A stretch of DNA of 56,576 nt from a bacterium (GTDB taxonomy: Bacteria; Patescibacteriota; Microgenomatia; UBA1400; UBA12108). The stretch lies in the NCBI GenBank assembly GCA_043809365.1, contig JAZDDW010000003.1, positions 1 to 56,576 on the forward strand, in the 5' to 3' direction. This document shows positions 54,205 to 56,576 of this stretch, in pieces. Under the pieces are notes generated by a model that was given only the letters and a program-made list of their open reading frames with translations, did not search any database and was not told the origin of the DNA. The position numbers were made by a program, and so were the translations under genes. The first letter of the stretch is position 1. Each line of letters begins with the position of its first letter.

Positions 54205-55392
54205 ATGAAAGTCCTCATGCTTACACCATATCTTCCGTACCCACTTGTCTCCGGTGGCCAGATCCGCACCTACAATCTCCTCAAACATTTATCTCTTCAT
54301 CATGACATCACCTTGTTTGCGCTCATCAAAGACGATAGTGAGAGGCAGTACCTGTCCGAATTGAAGAAATATTGTCGCCACATAGAGTTCTTCAAACGTA
54401 CCAAAAACCCCTTTGTGCTTCGCAACATCCTACTGGCCGGCTTTTCTCCATATCCTTTTGTGGTAACTCGAAACCTCCCCCTCGGCATGAAACGCTCTGT
54501 CCAAGCCGAGTTGGCTCGCTCGCGTTACGATCTCATCCACGCCGAGACCTTTTACATGATGCCCAATATTCCAGGCACCCTAGTCCCCATCATCTTAGCC
54601 GAGCAAACTATCGAGTACCTGGGGTATCAAGATTATATGAAAAAGTCCAATCTAATTCTTCGCCCCATCTTGGCAATCGATGTGATGAAAATAAAGTATT
54701 GGGAGCGTTATTTCTGGCGCAAAGCCGACAAATTGATCACCATGTCGGAGGAAGACAAAACCTTTATCGAACGCGAACTGGGTGAGTCCACGAGTACGAG
54801 CGTGGTCGCCAATGGAGTCGATCTTAAATTTTTCTCTGAAGTCAAAAAACGCTTGCCTGTTGACCCCACCGTGCTCTTTGTCGGGACTTTCAAGTGGCTT
54901 CCCAATATCGAAGCTGTAGAAGAAATTGTGCACAAAATCTGGCCTCTTATTTTGAATCGACTCCCGATGGCCAAGCTCAAAATCGTAGGTTTCTCCCCAA
55001 CCGCCAAAATTCAAGCTTACGGGGAAGACAAGAGTATCGAGGTTTTGGGTGGCATCGATGATATCAGAGACGCCTTCGCTTCCTCTCACATCCTCCTTGC
55101 CCCCATCAGGAGTGGCAAGGGAACTAGGTACAAGGTCTTGGAAGCCATGATTACCGGAACTCCAGTTGTGGCTACCACGCTGGCTGTCGAAGGACTTGAT
55201 CTGCAAAACGGTCAAGAAGTGCTCATCGCCGATACTTCCTCTGGCCTGGCAGATGCTGCCGTTACGCTCCTCACAGACCGATCACTGCAGCTCAAGTTAA
55301 GTAGGGCAGGGGAGGCTATTGTACGTCGCGGCTATAGCTGGGATATCATCGCCAAGGACTTGGACAAAGTCTATAAAGAGTTTAAATCATGA
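54205..55392 (+). CDS. Glycosyltransferase family 4
   Basis: MKVLMLTPYLPYPLVSGGQIRTYNLLKHL...GKGTRYKVLEAMITGTPVVAT. Confidence 0.85.
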   Translation: MKVLMLTPYLPYPLVSGGQIRTYNLLKHLSLHHDITLFALIKDDSERQYLSELKKYCRHIEFFKRTKNPFVLRNILLAGFSPYPFVVTRNLPLGMKRSVQAELARSRYDLIHAETFYMMPNIPGTLVPIILAEQTIEYLGYQDYMKKSNLILRPILAIDVMKIKYWERYFWRKADKLITMSEEDKTFIERELGESTSTSVVANGVDLKFFSEVKKRLPVDPTVLFVGTFKWLPNIEAVEEIVHKIWPLILNRLPMAKLKIVGFSPTAKIQAYGEDKSIEVLGGIDDIRDAFASSHILLAPIRSGKGTRYKVLEAMITGTPVVATTLAVEGLDLQNGQEVLIADTSSGLADAAVTLLTDRSLQLKLSRAGEAIVRRGYSWDIIAKDLDKVYKEFKS

Positions 55393-56318
55393 AACCAAAT
55401 CATCGACCATCGACCATCGACCATCGACCATTAATCAGTATTATTATTCTCAACTACAATGCCAAAGAATTCTTGCGGCAAACCCTCAAATCAGTCCTCT
55501 CACAAAAAGGTCTCCAAATTGAAACTATTGTAGTCGACAATAACTCGACTGATTCCTCCCATGCCATGGTGAGCAAAAAATTCCCGAGTGTGAAATGGGT
55601 AGGGCGCGATACCTCCATCGGTTTTTCTTCCGGGAATAATGCAGGCTTGCCTGCCGCCCACGCTGATACGATCCTCTTCCTCAATCCCGATGCCAGTTTT
55701 ACGAAACCCAACGATCTCAAGCGCTGCTACGACAAAATCTGGAGCGATGAGACAATCGGAGCCTTGACTGCCCGAGTCAATCTCGTCCTCACCGGCGGGA
55801 TCGATGAAACTTGTCATCGTGGTTTCCCCACTCCTTGGGCAGCCCTGACCCATTTTTTTGGTTTCTCCAAGTTGTTCCCCAACATCCCACTCTTTAATCA
55901 ATATACCAAGAGGTACTTGGGGTATACAGAGGAGCATGAAATTGATGCGGTCGGCGGGATGTTTATGCTCATGCGTCGATCAGTCGGGGAGCAAGTTGGC
56001 TGGTGGGACGAAGACTTCCCCCTATACGGTGAAGATTTGGATTTCTGCTATCGCCTCCATGAGGCTGGCTATCGCAATCTCTACTATCCCCAAGTTACCG
56101 TACTGCACTACAAGGGTGTCTCCACCGGGATGAGCAAGCAAAGCGCCAAGGTCACCACCGCCAAAAAAGAAACCATCCGCCATGTCAAGGGCTGGTCGAT
56201 TCAGGCCATGCGTTTGTTTTACGACAAACACTATAAGCAAAAATACCCCTTCTTCATCACCTGGCTCGTCCACCTCGGGATTCGCCTTATGTACTTCCGC
56301 CGTGTGACCCTGGCGTAA
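55389..56318 (+). CDS. Glycosyltransferase family 2 with heptad-repeat-encoded N-terminal extension
   Basis: ISIIILNYNAKEFL...VVDNNSTDSS...GFSSGNNAG...LNPDA...GEDLDFCYR. ATGA overlap with the upstream gene. Confidence 0.85.
   Translation: MKPNHRPSTIDHRPLISIIILNYNAKEFLRQTLKSVLSQKGLQIETIVVDNNSTDSSHAMVSKKFPSVKWVGRDTSIGFSSGNNAGLPAAHADTILFLNPDASFTKPNDLKRCYDKIWSDETIGALTARVNLVLTGGIDETCHRGFPTPWAALTHFFGFSKLFPNIPLFNQYTKRYLGYTEEHEIDAVGGMFMLMRRSVGEQVGWWDEDFPLYGEDLDFCYRLHEAGYRNLYYPQVTVLHYKGVSTGMSKQSAKVTTAKKETIRHVKGWSIQAMRLFYDKHYKQKYPFFITWLVHLGIRLMYFRRVTLA
55401..55435 (+). repeat. Heptad array F (4 perfect CATCGAC + CATTAAT) at the 5' end of a GT2 gene
   Basis: CATCGAC x4 (55401-55428), then CATTAAT. 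Read as HRPSTIDHRPLI, beginning 12 nt after the ATG. Confidence 0.95.
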
Positions 56319-56343
56319 CTTACAACCCTCGGGGTTCATAAGG

Positions 56344-56349
56344 TATACT
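56344..56349 (+). promoter_or_regulatory. -10-like box abutting a start codon (leaderless-type)
   Basis: TATACT, 6 nt before the ATG at 56356. Confidence 0.45.
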
Positions 56350-56355
56350 TTCACT

Positions 56356-56576
56356 ATGAATATTGCTATTGATGCACGGTTTTACGGGAGTGAGCATACT
56401 GGTCTTGGCAGATACACCACCAACGTCCTCAAGTACCTGCCTCACCACCTACAGGGTCGGACCCTGAAGGTTCTTCTGCGGCAAAAATACTTTGATACCC
56501 TCAAGCTGCCAACCAACTGCGAGGGTGTCCTTTGTGAGCTCCCTCATTATTCCTTCGCCGAGCAAATCTTCCTTCC
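56356..56576 (+). CDS. Glycosyltransferase family 4, 3' end outside window
   Basis: Own translation from the ATG at 56356: MNIAIDARFYGSEHTGLGRYTTNVLKYL..., open to the window end. Typical GT4 N-terminus. Not in the ORF track because no stop codon is reached. Confidence 0.7.
   Translation, partial: MNIAIDARFYGSEHTGLGRYTTNVLKYLPHHLQGRTLKVLLRQKYFDTLKLPTNCEGVLCELPHYSFAEQIFL

Noticed and set aside
54173-54208. An 11-codon mini-ORF (MTLRRYDFQLL) in the gap before 54205, whose TGA overlaps the GT4 ATG.
   Set aside because: It is too short to support, has no ribosome-binding signal, and is most simply a by-product of the direct repeats.
1-56576. Looked for tRNA, rRNA, riboswitch-sized leaders, transposases, integrases, and inverted or direct repeats flanking the low-GC islands.
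   Set aside because: The largest non-coding gap is 48 bp. No ORF shows DDE transposase, tyrosine recombinase or serine recombinase motifs. A manual scan cannot exclude short flanking repeats.

Overview
This 56.6-kb window is almost gap-free: the largest non-coding gap is 48 bp. It holds about 51 protein-coding genes. I found no rRNA, tRNA, CRISPR array, integrase or transposase. Nearly every gene serves glycan assembly. There are about 17 cytoplasmic glycosyltransferase domains (GT2, GT4, GT32-like), two of them polyprenyl-phosphate-sugar-synthase-like GT2s. About 14 polytopic membrane proteins look GT-C-like (GT39/ArnT-like, PIG-V-like, DUF2079, PTPS-related, GT87-like, Wzy_C/O-antigen-ligase-like). 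There is also a Wzm/Wzt-type ABC exporter, a Fic-wHTH protein and many sugar-tailoring enzymes: WecB epimerase, cupin + DegT aminotransferase, an SDR-Gfo/Idh/MocA fusion, a CE4 deacetylase, a HAD-ATP-grasp fusion, five SAM methyltransferase domains, an acetyltransferase, a pyruvyl transferase, a radical SAM enzyme, a PAPS-reductase-family protein and a sulfatase-like protein. The gene density, ATGA/GTGA start-stop overlaps and GT-C load would fit a small-genome uncultivated bacterium (CPR/Patescibacteria-like), but the window alone cannot establish taxonomy. All family calls rest on motifs I recognise by eye, not on searches. The main hunt results are: (1) nine dispersed arrays of CAT triplets phased at exactly 7 bp, embedded in-frame in unrelated genes, three of them at the 5' ends of glycosyltransferase genes; (2) a TAnnnT box 6-9 nt upstream of the ATG at essentially every transcription-unit head, implying leaderless mRNAs, including divergent genes that share one palindromic -10; (3) two low-GC minus-strand islands, radical SAM + pyruvyl transferase and a 10-kb sugar-tailoring cassette with unusual enzyme fusions; (4) a consensus promoter with three 10-bp tandem repeats driving a Fic gene translationally coupled to wecB; (5) a PAPS-reductase-like gene next to a sulfatase-fold protein whose nucleophile position is Thr.
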